A stretch of 64,000 bases of DNA from an uncultured bacterium (GTDB lineage: Bacteria; Gemmatimonadota; Gemmatimonadetes; Gemmatimonadales; GWC2-71-9). The stretch is from NCBI GenBank assembly GCA_965651205.1, contig CBFGRM010000003.1, forward strand, positions 16,181-80,180, written 5' to 3'. The position numbers and the translations under genes were made by a program. The notes under the pieces were generated by a model that searched no databases, was not told the origin of the DNA, and saw only the letters and a list, made by a program, of their open reading frames with translations. Positions 18,732 to 28,176 of the stretch are shown here, one piece after another (position 1 is the first letter of the stretch; every line of letters begins with the position of its first letter).

Positions 18732-18956
18732 TCACCTGTCACCCAGCACCGAACGGACCGCATCGCGAGCCAGCCGGGTGTGTCGGGCGATCGATCCCAG
18801 GTCGGCACCGTCCGCTGCGAGTCGGGCCACCTGGACCCGGCGCGGGTCGCCGCCCTGCATTGCGGCCTGTTCGAGCACCGCTCCGAATTGCTGCGCCTCG
18901 GCTGCAGGCACGGTGCCCCTGTCGCGCCGCAGCAACTTCCGCATCAGGCCGATCAC
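18732..18956 (-). CDS. Small HTH-like protein downstream of fliA (DUF2802-like)
   Basis: VARLAADGADLGSIARHTRLARDAVRSVL HTH pattern; GTGA overlap with fliA stop. Confidence 0.6.
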   Translation of the reverse strand: MIGLMRKLLRRDRGTVPAAEAQQFGAVLEQAAMQGGDPRRVQVARLAADGADLGSIARHTRLARDAVRSVLGDR

Positions 18957-19714
18957 GCTGCCAGCCGCTGCTTGAGCGAACGGATGGCGGCGGTCCTGAT
19001 CTGGGAGACCCGGGATTCTGTCACGTGAAGCACCTCTGCTATCTGGCGATGGGACAATCCTTCGTAGTGGCCCAGCGCGAGCACCGTGCGTTGCTGTTCG
19101 GGCAGTTCCCGGATCGCCTCGCGCAGCAGTCGACGCTGTTCCTCCTCTTCAATCGCCGCACCGGGAACCGGTGCGTCGTGGTCGGCTAGTTGTTCGCCGC
19201 GCGAGATGCCGGCCCCGTCGGCGTCGGCCAGCGCGGCATCCAGGGGAACGGTCACGCCGCCCTCCGCGTCGCCTCGCCAGCGAAAGTAGGTCTCGCGATC
19301 GATCTCCAGTTCGGTGACGACTTCGTCCACCGTGGGCGGGCGCTGCAGACGCTCCTGCAACTCGCGCGTGGTGGTGGCGATGCGGCGGGCGCGTTCACGC
19401 ACCGATCTCGGTCGCCAGTCGGCCGCGCGCAACTCGTCCAGGATCGCGCCCCGCACCCGCGTGGTGGCGTACGTCACGAAACTGACCCCACGGTCGGCAT
19501 CGAAGCTGCCCAGCGCCTGGACCAGCCCGAGCGAGCCGGCGCCGACCAGGTCGTCAAACTCGACCGCGTCCCCGACCCGGTTGGCGATCTGCCGCGCCAC
19601 GTGGTGCACCAGTCCCATCAACTGCGACAGCAGCTCAGCGCGCGCCTCCGGGTCGCCATCACGGTGATAGCGAAGCCAGAGGGCGTCGGTGGTTGCCGGC
19701 GCGGTCCCGGTCAC
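18953..19714 (-). CDS. fliA: Flagellar sigma factor FliA (sigma28)
   Basis: DDLVGAGSLGL, RVRGAILDELRAADWRPRSVR, TESRVSQI; GTG at 19714 overlapping flhG stop. Confidence 0.95.
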   Translation of the reverse strand: MTGTAPATTDALWLRYHRDGDPEARAELLSQLMGLVHHVARQIANRVGDAVEFDDLVGAGSLGLVQALGSFDADRGVSFVTYATTRVRGAILDELRAADWRPRSVRERARRIATTTRELQERLQRPPTVDEVVTELEIDRETYFRWRGDAEGGVTVPLDAALADADGAGISRGEQLADHDAPVPGAAIEEEEQRRLLREAIRELPEQQRTVLALGHYEGLSHRQIAEVLHVTESRVSQIRTAAIRSLKQRLAA

Positions 19715-20532
19715 GGCTGCAATTCGTCCGGCATCAGGTGGTTGGCGAGGATGTCGCGCACCTGCCGCTGGGCCAGCCCGCTCGCCGCCGGATCGACCAG
19801 TCGCGCCGGATGGGCCAGGCTCGCCCGCATCGCGGCATCTTCCTCGACCGCGCCGAGGTAGCGCACGTCGCGACCGAGGAAACGTCGGCACGCCTCGTGG
19901 ATCCTGGTCGCGGCTGCTGCACCCTCGTCGGCGTGGACGGTGCGATTGACCAGCAGGTCGATCGGCAACCGCGGCAACCTGCCGTGCACCAGCTTGATCA
20001 GTGCGTACACGCTGGTCAGCGCTGCCGGTTCCGGGGTGGTGACCAGCAGCAGTCGCGACGCCTGCATCGCGGTCACCCGGAGTGCCCCATCGAGCCCGGC
20101 TCCGCAGTCGACTATCACCGCGTCGTAATCGGGAAAGATCCCGGTGACGCGCCGGTGCCAGCGGACCCGTTCGTGCGGCCCGAGACGCTGCAGCGACTCG
20201 GCGCCGCTGGCAGCCGGCATCAGCCACAGGTTGTGGCACACCGGGATCACCAGCGACTCCACCGATGCATCCGGATCCATCAGCGTCTCGGGTTGCACCT
20301 CCGGTCGCACGCCAAGCAGGACGTGCAGGGTGCCGAGGTTGAAGTCGGCATCGACCAGCAGGACCCGCTTGCCGGCCGCCGCGAGTGACGACGCGATCGT
20401 CACCGCAACCAGCGACTTGCCGACGCCGCCTTTGCCGCTACCCACCACCAGTGCGCTGCCGCTATCGACGTGAGCAGGTGGCTCGAACGTCAGCGGCCGG
20501 GTGTTGCGCAGTGCCTTGGCCTGGTCGGTCAC
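19711..20532 (-). CDS. flhG: MinD-like ATPase FlhG/FleN
   Basis: N-terminal DQAKALR, GSGKGGVGKS, VDAD, DCGAG, TTPEPAALT. Confidence 0.92.
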   Translation of the reverse strand: MTDQAKALRNTRPLTFEPPAHVDSGSALVVGSGKGGVGKSLVAVTIASSLAAAGKRVLLVDADFNLGTLHVLLGVRPEVQPETLMDPDASVESLVIPVCHNLWLMPAASGAESLQRLGPHERVRWHRRVTGIFPDYDAVIVDCGAGLDGALRVTAMQASRLLLVTTPEPAALTSVYALIKLVHGRLPRLPIDLLVNRTVHADEGAAAATRIHEACRRFLGRDVRYLGAVEEDAAMRASLAHPARLVDPAASGLAQRQVRDILANHLMPDELQP

Positions 20533-21488
20533 GCGAACGCCTCCACCGCAATGCGGCGAGCCGCGAGGTGTGCCTTGGCTGCCTCCAGCCGACCGGTGGC
20601 AGCGTGCAGGTCACCGGGCACCTCCTGGCCATCGGTGTACCAGCGCATCTGGCAGCCCTCGCGTGCAACCACGTCGAACACGCGCGAGTCAACCGGGCAC
20701 TCATCCAGCTTGGTACAGAGCGTGTGAGTCACCCCGAACACCCTGAACTGCTGCAGGGTTCGACGGATCACGTGCGGCATCAGCGAGGCTGGCAGAGCCA
20801 GGTGCACCTCATCGGGATCGAGTAGCTCGAACCAGTTGCGCACCGTGGCGAGGTCTTCCGACTGCCTCGGCCCGCGGCCCGGCGTGTCCACCAGCACCAC
20901 GTCGCACTCGATCAGGCGTCGGAGTGCGGGTTCGATGTCGCTGGAGTCGTACACCACCTGGCACGGCAGGTCGGCGAGCTGAGCGTATGTCTCCAGTTGC
21001 TCGACCGCACCGACACGATAGGTGTCGAGCCCGAGCAGCCCGACGCGACCGCGACCGTATGCTCGTGAGTTGGTGGCGAGCTTTGCGATGGTGGTCGTCT
21101 TGCCGGCACCGGTGGGACCCACCAGCGCGATGATCGGGGGCCGGATCCGTCCGGCCCTGGGCCTGCTCCTCGGCATTGTCGGCCTGGTCGACGGCGACCG
21201 GACGGCAGGGCTGGCAGGCGCAGGGGCGGCCTCCCGCGGCATCGCCGGCATCGCCGGCGCCGCACCGCGGAAGAACAGCGGATCGAAGTCGTCGACGGCG
21301 GTGCGCACCACCGGGTCGGCGTGCTGCGGCGGATGGAACGGATGCGCGGTCACCGCGATCTCCGACGCAACGACCTCGACTCGTCCGTTGTCGCAGGTGA
21401 CGTCCACCACGCAAGCATTGTCGCCCAGCGTGCGACGGACTTCCGCGAGGACGGACGGCAGTTGTGTACCCGAAAAGACTCTAAGCAC
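20529..21488 (-). CDS. flhF: SRP-family GTPase FlhF (short B domain)
   Basis: GPTGAGKTTTIAKLA, DTYRVGA, DTPG, TKLDE, GQEVP. Confidence 0.93.
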   Translation of the reverse strand: MLRVFSGTQLPSVLAEVRRTLGDNACVVDVTCDNGRVEVVASEIAVTAHPFHPPQHADPVVRTAVDDFDPLFFRGAAPAMPAMPREAAPAPASPAVRSPSTRPTMPRSRPRAGRIRPPIIALVGPTGAGKTTTIAKLATNSRAYGRGRVGLLGLDTYRVGAVEQLETYAQLADLPCQVVYDSSDIEPALRRLIECDVVLVDTPGRGPRQSEDLATVRNWFELLDPDEVHLALPASLMPHVIRRTLQQFRVFGVTHTLCTKLDECPVDSRVFDVVAREGCQMRWYTDGQEVPGDLHAATGRLEAAKAHLAARRIAVEAFA

Positions 21489-23655
21489 GCGGCAACTCCC
21501 AGAGTGCGGTTCCCTCGACGGGGATCGTCGGCGGCAGTTCGCCGAGCGAGATCACCGGCAAGTCAGGCAGAATCGGTTCGACCAGGCGACGCACGCCGAC
21601 CCGGAGTCCGGGCGGCGTGATCAGGATGCGACCGCGCTGGTCTCGACGTGCCCTGGTGACCAGGTCAGTCAGTTGACGCAGCAGGTTGCTGAGTTGCTCC
21701 GGCCCGAGCGGCGGGCCGCTCTCGTCGCCCTTTGCGGTCGGCGCGAACAGTTGCATCAGTGCTGTCTCGAGTCGCGGCCCCAGCGTGATGCCACGGACCA
21801 TCCCGTCGGGATCGGCAACCAGTTGTGCGATCACCGTGGCGAGGGCACGACGCACCTGCTCGGTGAGCACCTCGGGATCCCGGCTGGCGTCGGCATTGTC
21901 GCTCAGTGTCTCGAGGATGGTGACGAGATCGCGAACCGGAATGCCCTCGCGGAGCAGGCGTTGCAGCACCCGGTGGAAGGTGCCCAGCGCCAGTCGGCCG
22001 GGGATCAGGTCCTCCACCAGTGCCGGGTGAGTCGAGCGCAGACCATCGACCAGCTCGCGCGCATCCTGCCTACTGAGCAGGTCGGCGGCGTGACGACGAA
22101 TCGTTTCCAGCAGGTGAGTCACCATCACCGTGGCTGCTTCCACCACGTTGTAGCCGGCCAGCTCCGCTTCCTCGCGACGATCGGCGGTGATCCACACCGC
22201 CGGCATCTGGTAGGTCGGATCCTTGGTGCGGATTCCTTCGATCGGGACCGCACCCCCGCTGGAATCCAGTGCCAGCAGGTAGCGCGGCATCGCCTCGCCA
22301 CCGGCCACCTTGACGCCGCGGATCCGGATCGCGTATTCGGTGGGAGCCAACTGGATGTTGTCACGGATTCGCGCCGAGGGCACCACGATGCCCAGTTCGA
22401 GCGCGACCTGGCGCCGCATCAACGCGATCCGCCGGAGCAGGTCGCCCTGGGCAGACTCGTCTGCGAGGGTCACCAGGGCATAACCCATCTCGATCTCGAG
22501 CGCCTCGACGCCGAGCAGTTCACCGATTTCCGGCTGCTGTGCTCCGGCCACCTTCTCTGCACTGGCGGCGGCGCCGGCCTGCACGGTGCGCTGCTGACGC
22601 CGCCAGGCAACCGCAGCGATACCGGCGGCGAGGAACAGGAACGGTGCGGCGGGCAGCCCGGGCACCAGTGCCAGGGCGGCGACCACGCCCGACGCAAGCC
22701 ACAACGCCCGCGGCCTGGCGGAAAGTTGCGCACCCAGTTGAGAGCCGGGGCTGTTCGATGAGGCGCCATAGGTGACGATGATGCCGGCGGCAGTGCTCAC
22801 GATCAGCGCCGGGATCTGGCTCACCAGACCGTCACCCACCGTGAGGGAGCTGTACGTGGCGGCACTCTCCGCGGCACTGAGGCCGCGCTGCAGCATTCCG
22901 ATCGCGAAGCCACCGATCAGGTTGATCGCCGTGATGATCAGGCCGGCAACCGCATCACCGCGCACGAACTTGGCCGCACCGTCCATCGCGCCATAGAAGT
23001 CCGAGTAGCGGGCAATTTCGGTGCGCCGCCGCCGCGCCTCGGCCTCGTCGATCAGTCCGGCGCCGAGGTCGGCATCGATCGCCATCTGCTTGCCCGGCAT
23101 CGCGTCGAGCGTGAACCGCGCGGCAACTTCGGCGATGCGACCGGCACCCTTGGTGATCACCACGAAGTTGATCACTACCAGGATGAGAAAGATCACCAGC
23201 CCCACGACGACATCGCCGCCGATCAGGTAGCCGCCGAACGCCGCAATGACCTCGCCGGCGTGACCGTCAGCCAGGATCAGCCGGGTGCTGCTCACGTTGA
23301 GTCCGAGCCGGAACAGCGTCAGCAACAGCAGGAGGCTCGGAAATGCACTGAACTCGAGCGGATCGCCGGTGCTCAGGGTGACGATCAGCACCACTATCGA
23401 CAGCGCCAGCGACAGGGCCAGCAGGCCATCGAGCAGCAACGGCGGCAGTGGCACCACCAGCAGGGCCACGATGATGACTACGCCCAGTGCCAGCCAGGTT
23501 TCGGTGCTCGAGTTGAGCAGGTCGCGCATCCGGCGTGCAGGGGAAGCGCCGGTGGGAGGCTTGCCCGGAGGCGGGGTGCCGACCCGGGCGCTGTTTCCGG
23601 GCGCGGTTGCGGTCGGTGCCACTGCGGTGCCGGGAACGGTGGCGATCGAACTCAT
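21481..23655 (-). CDS. flhA: Flagellar export gate protein FlhA
   Basis: FPSLLLLLTLFRLGLNVSSTR, ITKGAGRIAEVAARFTLDAMPGKQMAIDADL, FYGAMDGAAKFVRGDA. Confidence 0.97.
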   Translation of the reverse strand: MSSIATVPGTAVAPTATAPGNSARVGTPPPGKPPTGASPARRMRDLLNSSTETWLALGVVIIVALLVVPLPPLLLDGLLALSLALSIVVLIVTLSTGDPLEFSAFPSLLLLLTLFRLGLNVSSTRLILADGHAGEVIAAFGGYLIGGDVVVGLVIFLILVVINFVVITKGAGRIAEVAARFTLDAMPGKQMAIDADLGAGLIDEAEARRRRTEIARYSDFYGAMDGAAKFVRGDAVAGLIITAINLIGGFAIGMLQRGLSAAESAATYSSLTVGDGLVSQIPALIVSTAAGIIVTYGASSNSPGSQLGAQLSARPRALWLASGVVAALALVPGLPAAPFLFLAAGIAAVAWRRQQRTVQAGAAASAEKVAGAQQPEIGELLGVEALEIEMGYALVTLADESAQGDLLRRIALMRRQVALELGIVVPSARIRDNIQLAPTEYAIRIRGVKVAGGEAMPRYLLALDSSGGAVPIEGIRTKDPTYQMPAVWITADRREEAELAGYNVVEAATVMVTHLLETIRRHAADLLSRQDARELVDGLRSTHPALVEDLIPGRLALGTFHRVLQRLLREGIPVRDLVTILETLSDNADASRDPEVLTEQVRRALATVIAQLVADPDGMVRGITLGPRLETALMQLFAPTAKGDESGPPLGPEQLSNLLRQLTDLVTRARRDQRGRILITPPGLRVGVRRLVEPILPDLPVISLGELPPTIPVEGTALWELPRA

Positions 23656-24743
23656 CGGCGGCCCCCGGCAAGCACCGCAGGCAGTCGGCCGCGCTGGCGG
23701 TATACGAAGGCAAGTATCTCGGCGATGGCACCGTAAAGTGCCGGCGGTATCGGGCGGCCCACCTTGGCGGTGGCGAGCAGTGTCCGCGCCACGGGAACGT
23801 TCCGGACCAGCGGAATGCCCTTGCTGATGGCGATGGCGCGAATCCGCTCGGCCAGCTTGCGCTGGCCCATCGCCAGCACCATCGGTGCCGAGGAATCGCC
23901 ACCGTCGTACTTGATTGCCACTGCGATATTGGTCGGGTTCACGATCACCACATCGGCTTCGGCAACGCTCTGCAGCATCCGCCGTCGCGTCAGTTGCTGT
24001 GCCAGCGACCGCATCCTGCTCTTGAGCAGCGGATCACCCTCGCTCTCGCGGTGCTCCTGGATGATCTCCTGTCGGGTCATCCGGAGCTGCTTCTGGTGCC
24101 GCCAACTTGCAAACAGATAATCGACCACCGACAGGGCCAGGAACGCGAGCGCGGTCAGCACCACGATCCGGATCGACACCGAGCGCGTCACTGCGAGGGC
24201 AGCGGCCGTCTCACCGCCCAGCAGGGTGGCGATCGTGGGCCAGGCCGACTCGATCGCAACCCAGGTGATGAGCCCCAGCACCACAACCTTGACCACTGCC
24301 TTGAACAGCGTGAACCAGCCCTCGGCGCCGAACAACCGCTTGATTCCCTTGATCGGATCGAGGCGCGACAGGTCGGGGGTCACGGGCTTGGCGGACATCA
24401 CTCCTCGCGCCTGCATACCGCCCACCAGCAGCACCGGGGCAAGCACCATCAGCATCACCGGCAACAGTGCCAGCAGCGCCCCCTTCATCACGCTCCGTAG
24501 CATCGCAACCGCATCACCCTCGGCCATCGGGTCCGCCGCCAGCGTCCAGCCCAGGTCGTGCATCAACCCGACGGCGTGGCGACCCAGTCCGCCGCCGAGC
24601 CAGGCGATCGTCGCGGCACCACTCAACAGCACGGTCGCGGCCAGCAATTCCTGGCTGCGCGGGACCTGGCCTTCCTGCTGCGCCTTGTCGAGCCGTCTCG
24701 GTGTCGGCTGTTCGGTGCGTTCCTGTGCGGGCTGCTCGGCCAT
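23652..24743 (-). CDS. flhB: Flagellar export switch protein FlhB
   Basis: ERTEQPTPRRL...GQVPRSQEL, LRMTRQEI...EGDP, NPTN cleavage loop. Confidence 0.96.
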   Translation of the reverse strand: MAEQPAQERTEQPTPRRLDKAQQEGQVPRSQELLAATVLLSGAATIAWLGGGLGRHAVGLMHDLGWTLAADPMAEGDAVAMLRSVMKGALLALLPVMLMVLAPVLLVGGMQARGVMSAKPVTPDLSRLDPIKGIKRLFGAEGWFTLFKAVVKVVVLGLITWVAIESAWPTIATLLGGETAAALAVTRSVSIRIVVLTALAFLALSVVDYLFASWRHQKQLRMTRQEIIQEHRESEGDPLLKSRMRSLAQQLTRRRMLQSVAEADVVIVNPTNIAVAIKYDGGDSSAPMVLAMGQRKLAERIRAIAISKGIPLVRNVPVARTLLATAKVGRPIPPALYGAIAEILAFVYRQRGRLPAVLAGGRR

Positions 24744-24746
24744 TGT

Positions 24747-25550
24747 TCAGGCGCCTCCCGCGGCAACCGGCCGCAGCGCACCTGTGAAGCGACCGATGTC
24801 GGACTCTATTCCGCTCACCCAGCGCGCCACCTCGGCGCCGAACAGCAGCAAGGTGGCGCCTATTGCGAGCAGGCCAACCACCACCGTGATCGGCACTGCA
24901 ACCATCATCGTGTTCAGTTGCGGCACCGCCCGGTTGAGCACGGCGAGTGCCAGATTGACCACCAGCAGCGCCACCATAACCGGTGCCGCAACGCGAACCG
25001 CCGCCACGAACACGCCACTCGACATCGATAGCAGGGTGCGGGCGCCCTCGCTGCCATCGAGTGCACTGCCCGGTGGCAGCGCAGACAGGGAACCACCGAT
25101 CGCGGCCACGATCAGCAGCGGCCCCCCGAGCGTGGCGAAGATCACCAGCGCCGACTGGCCGTAGAACTGGCCGATTCCCGGCGTGCCGATATCGGTCATC
25201 CCGCCGAGCGCCGCGCCCAGCGAGAGTCCCATCTGGAGCGACACGACCTCCGCTGCAACAGTGAGACCGTGGGTGAAGAACGCCGCCGTGAGGCCGATCG
25301 CCACGCCGACCAGGAACTCCACCGGCAGGCTGAGCAGCGGCATTGCGCTGGTCAGGTCGATCGGTGCAGCGGCAGCGGTGGGCATCAGCATCAACGTGAT
25401 CACCACGGTGGCCGCACCGCGCACTCGTGCCGGCACTGCCTGCATCGACCACAGCGGTGCGACCATCAGCACTCCCACCACCCGCGCACTCACCAGCGCG
25501 AACAGCGGCCAGTGCACCGGACGGAGCAGTTCAACCAATGCATCGCTCAT
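24747..25550 (-). CDS. fliR: Flagellar export protein FliR
   Basis: Hydrophobic; RVVGVLMVAP, QMGLS, RAVPQLN; ATG at 25550 overlapping fliQ stop. Confidence 0.92.
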   Translation of the reverse strand: MSDALVELLRPVHWPLFALVSARVVGVLMVAPLWSMQAVPARVRGAATVVITLMLMPTAAAAPIDLTSAMPLLSLPVEFLVGVAIGLTAAFFTHGLTVAAEVVSLQMGLSLGAALGGMTDIGTPGIGQFYGQSALVIFATLGGPLLIVAAIGGSLSALPPGSALDGSEGARTLLSMSSGVFVAAVRVAAPVMVALLVVNLALAVLNRAVPQLNTMMVAVPITVVVGLLAIGATLLLFGAEVARWVSGIESDIGRFTGALRPVAAGGA

Positions 25551-25816
25551 CCGGCGACCCCCGGGAGCCCGCGCAGCAACTGCACCGTAAAGGCGACCAT
25601 CGCCCGGATCATCCACGGCAACGCCAGCAGGAACACCAGCGCCGTGCACAGCAGCTTGGGAATGAACGTCAGGCTCTGTTCCTGTACCTGGGTCACGGCC
25701 TGCATCAGCGACACGGCCACGCCGACGATCAGCGCGGTCAGCAGCATCGGGGCCGCCACGGTCACCACCAGCGTGAGGGTCTGCTGCAGCAGGTCGAGGG
25801 CAAATTGCGCCGACAT
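25547..25816 (-). CDS. fliQ: Flagellar export protein FliQ
   Basis: VSLMQAVTQVQEQSLTFIPK; 89 aa. Confidence 0.95.
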   Translation of the reverse strand: MSAQFALDLLQQTLTLVVTVAAPMLLTALIVGVAVSLMQAVTQVQEQSLTFIPKLLCTALVFLLALPWMIRAMVAFTVQLLRGLPGVAG

Positions 25817-26928
25817 CAGGCCAGCCGGAACGAGGCGACGAGACCTTGCATCACCAGCGACCAGCCGTCGGCGAGCACGAACAGCAGCAGCTTGAACGGC
25901 AGTGACACCATCACCGGCGGCAGCATGAACATTCCCATACTCATCAGCACCGACGCGACGATCAGGTCGATCACCAGGAACGGGAGGAACAGCACGAAGC
26001 CCATCTGGAATGCGGTCCTGAGCTCGCTGGTGACGAAGGCCGACACCACCGTCATCGTGCTGACATCCTCCAGCGATGCGGCATCGGCCTCCCCCGACAT
26101 CTCGACGAAGGTGCGCAGGTCCTTGTCGCGGGTATTGGCGAGCATGAATCCGCGCATCGGCACCAGCGCCGCCCGGTAGGCATCGGTCTGGCCGATCTCA
26201 CCGCGCAGGTAGGGTTGCAGTGCAGTGTCGTTGGCTTCCAGCAGCACCGGGCGCATCACCAGTCCGGTGAGTATCAGCGCGATTGCGACCAGCAATTGAG
26301 TGGGTGGTGCGGTCTGGGTTCCCAGCGCGGAGCGCAGGAAGCCCAGCACGATCAGGATCCGGGTGAAGCTGGTCATCAGCAGCAGGATCGCGGGGATCAG
26401 GGTCAGCACGCCCATCAACACCACGACACCAACCGCGCCCGACAACTCCACTTCCTGGTCGCCGCTGCCGACGCGCAGGTCGATCGACGGCACGCCGGGG
26501 CCGTTGACCACCGGGCCGGCGGCTCCGACGGCGGGATTGGCAGCGGGCACGGGCTGCGGCGAGGTGACCACCTGCGCCTGCATTGCAGCCGGCAGCGCGA
26601 CCAGCGCCATCATCAGGCCGATACGGGCCAGCCAGTTCGGGGACATCGCACGGGTCGTGACCCTCGATTCCTCCAGTACCCGGCCCGATTCGCCCTCCGA
26701 GAGTTCGCCGATCAACGAGATGTCGTCGCCGAGCCCGACGATCAGCACCCGTTCGCCCACGCGCAGCAGGCCGATGCCCTGCCGCGGGCCGGTTGCGACA
26801 CGCTCCAGCAACTGCAGCTCACCGCCGCGACCGGTGCCACGTGGCACGCCCTGCATCCGGCCCAGCCACCGCAACGCCAGCAGCATCACGGCAATGGTGA
26901 CCAGCAGCGCTGCGAGCGCGGTCAGCAT
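25816..26928 (-). CDS. fliP: FliO-FliP fusion protein
   Basis: N-terminal TM + LQLLERVATGPRQGIGLLRVGERVLIVG (FliO-like) in frame with FliP motifs MTSFTRI, LPFLVIDLIVAS, MGMFMLPP, LPFKLLLFVLADGW. Confidence 0.9.
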   Translation of the reverse strand: MLTALAALLVTIAVMLLALRWLGRMQGVPRGTGRGGELQLLERVATGPRQGIGLLRVGERVLIVGLGDDISLIGELSEGESGRVLEESRVTTRAMSPNWLARIGLMMALVALPAAMQAQVVTSPQPVPAANPAVGAAGPVVNGPGVPSIDLRVGSGDQEVELSGAVGVVVLMGVLTLIPAILLLMTSFTRILIVLGFLRSALGTQTAPPTQLLVAIALILTGLVMRPVLLEANDTALQPYLRGEIGQTDAYRAALVPMRGFMLANTRDKDLRTFVEMSGEADAASLEDVSTMTVVSAFVTSELRTAFQMGFVLFLPFLVIDLIVASVLMSMGMFMLPPVMVSLPFKLLLFVLADGWSLVMQGLVASFRLA

Positions 26929-26931
26929 CAA

Positions 26932-27240
26932 TCACGATCCTCGCGGCGACACTTCGGAGATGACCCGGGTGATCCGCACGCCGAAGTGATCGCCGACGAC
27001 CACCACTTCTGCCTCCGCCAGGCGGCGGTCGCTCACCAGGATCTCCACCGGATCGCCCATCAGGCGGTCGAGCTGGATCACCGAGCCGCTCTCCAGCGCC
27101 AGCAGCTCCTGGATGGTCATCGTGGTGCGACCGAACTCGACGGTGACCGGCAGCGTCATATCGAGCAGCGAGTCGAGTCGCTGATCGGCGCCGGGGCTGA
27201 GCGGAGCGTCGACGGCCTCGACGCGGGCGGGGTCACTCAT
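26932..27240 (-). CDS. fliN: C-ring protein FliN
   Basis: LLDMTLPVTVEFGRT...GSVIQLD...EVVVVGDHFGVRIT. Confidence 0.95.
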   Translation of the reverse strand: MSDPARVEAVDAPLSPGADQRLDSLLDMTLPVTVEFGRTTMTIQELLALESGSVIQLDRLMGDPVEILVSDRRLAEAEVVVVGDHFGVRITRVISEVSPRGS

Positions 27241-28175
27241 AGGTTGTCCATTCTCCTGAGCAGGCGTGGTGGACTGGCAGCGCTATCGGCACGCTCGAGC
27301 AGGCGAAGCGCTACCCGCTCCTCGTTCTTGCCGAGTGCGCCGAAGAAGGCGGGCTTGCCGTTGAAGTCGATCTCGACGGTGCCGGCGAAGATGTGCGGTG
27401 CGGCGTAGACCTGTCCGACAGAGAGGCGGGCGCTCTCGCGCGCGGTGAGCCGCAGCGAGGTGAGTCGGGCGCGCACCGGCACCCGGGCCCCCAGCAGCAC
27501 CCGGGCTATCGACGCGCGCACTTCCGCCGCTGGCTGCGGCAGGGGGTCAATCTCGCCGCTCTTGCCGGCGGCGAACCGTGCAATCCTGCTCGCCGGCAAC
27601 ACCAGCGTGACGACGCCGCGATCGGTGCCGACCACGATCGCCATCTCCACCACCAGCAGGCGTTCGTGCGGCTCGACGATCGCCAGCGATTCGGCGATCG
27701 ACTCGTATCGTGACTGGCCGGGCGTGAACACCGCAACTTCACGGTAGGCATCACTGGTCGCGCCCAACAGCCGGTCCGCCAGCTTGCCGAGCACTGCCTG
27801 CTCGACTGCAGTGAGCGCTGCTGGCCGGTTCGTCACGTCCCCGCTGCCACCCAGCATCCGGTCCACCAGGCGGCAGGCCAGAGTCGGCTCGAACAGCAGC
27901 GCAACCTCGCCACCCTGCTCGGGACCCAGCGGGGCGACGAACGCGGTGATCGGGGTGCTGATACCACTTCGCCAGTCGCTGAAGGCCACCTGCAGCGAAT
28001 CGCCGATCTCGACTGACACCTCCGGACGCACCGCCTGGGTGACCAGGCGTTCGAGCTCCGCGGTCAGCCGCTCGTGAACGCCGTCAAGCACCGCGCGCCG
28101 TTGCCGGGAAATCCAGGGAGGCCGCCGGAAGTCGTACGGCTGGATCAACTCGGAGGAAGGATCGACGATCGGCAC
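27237..28175 (-). CDS. fliM: C-ring protein FliM, lacking N-terminal CheY-binding peptide
   Basis: PYDFRRP, LVDRMLGGSG, LTAVEQ, C-terminal SpoA-like domain; GTG at 28175 just after fliL stop. Confidence 0.88.
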   Translation of the reverse strand: MPIVDPSSELIQPYDFRRPPWISRQRRAVLDGVHERLTAELERLVTQAVRPEVSVEIGDSLQVAFSDWRSGISTPITAFVAPLGPEQGGEVALLFEPTLACRLVDRMLGGSGDVTNRPAALTAVEQAVLGKLADRLLGATSDAYREVAVFTPGQSRYESIAESLAIVEPHERLLVVEMAIVVGTDRGVVTLVLPASRIARFAAGKSGEIDPLPQPAAEVRASIARVLLGARVPVRARLTSLRLTARESARLSVGQVYAAPHIFAGTVEIDFNGKPAFFGALGKNEERVALRLLERADSAASPPRLLRRMDNL

Positions 28176-28176
28176 G

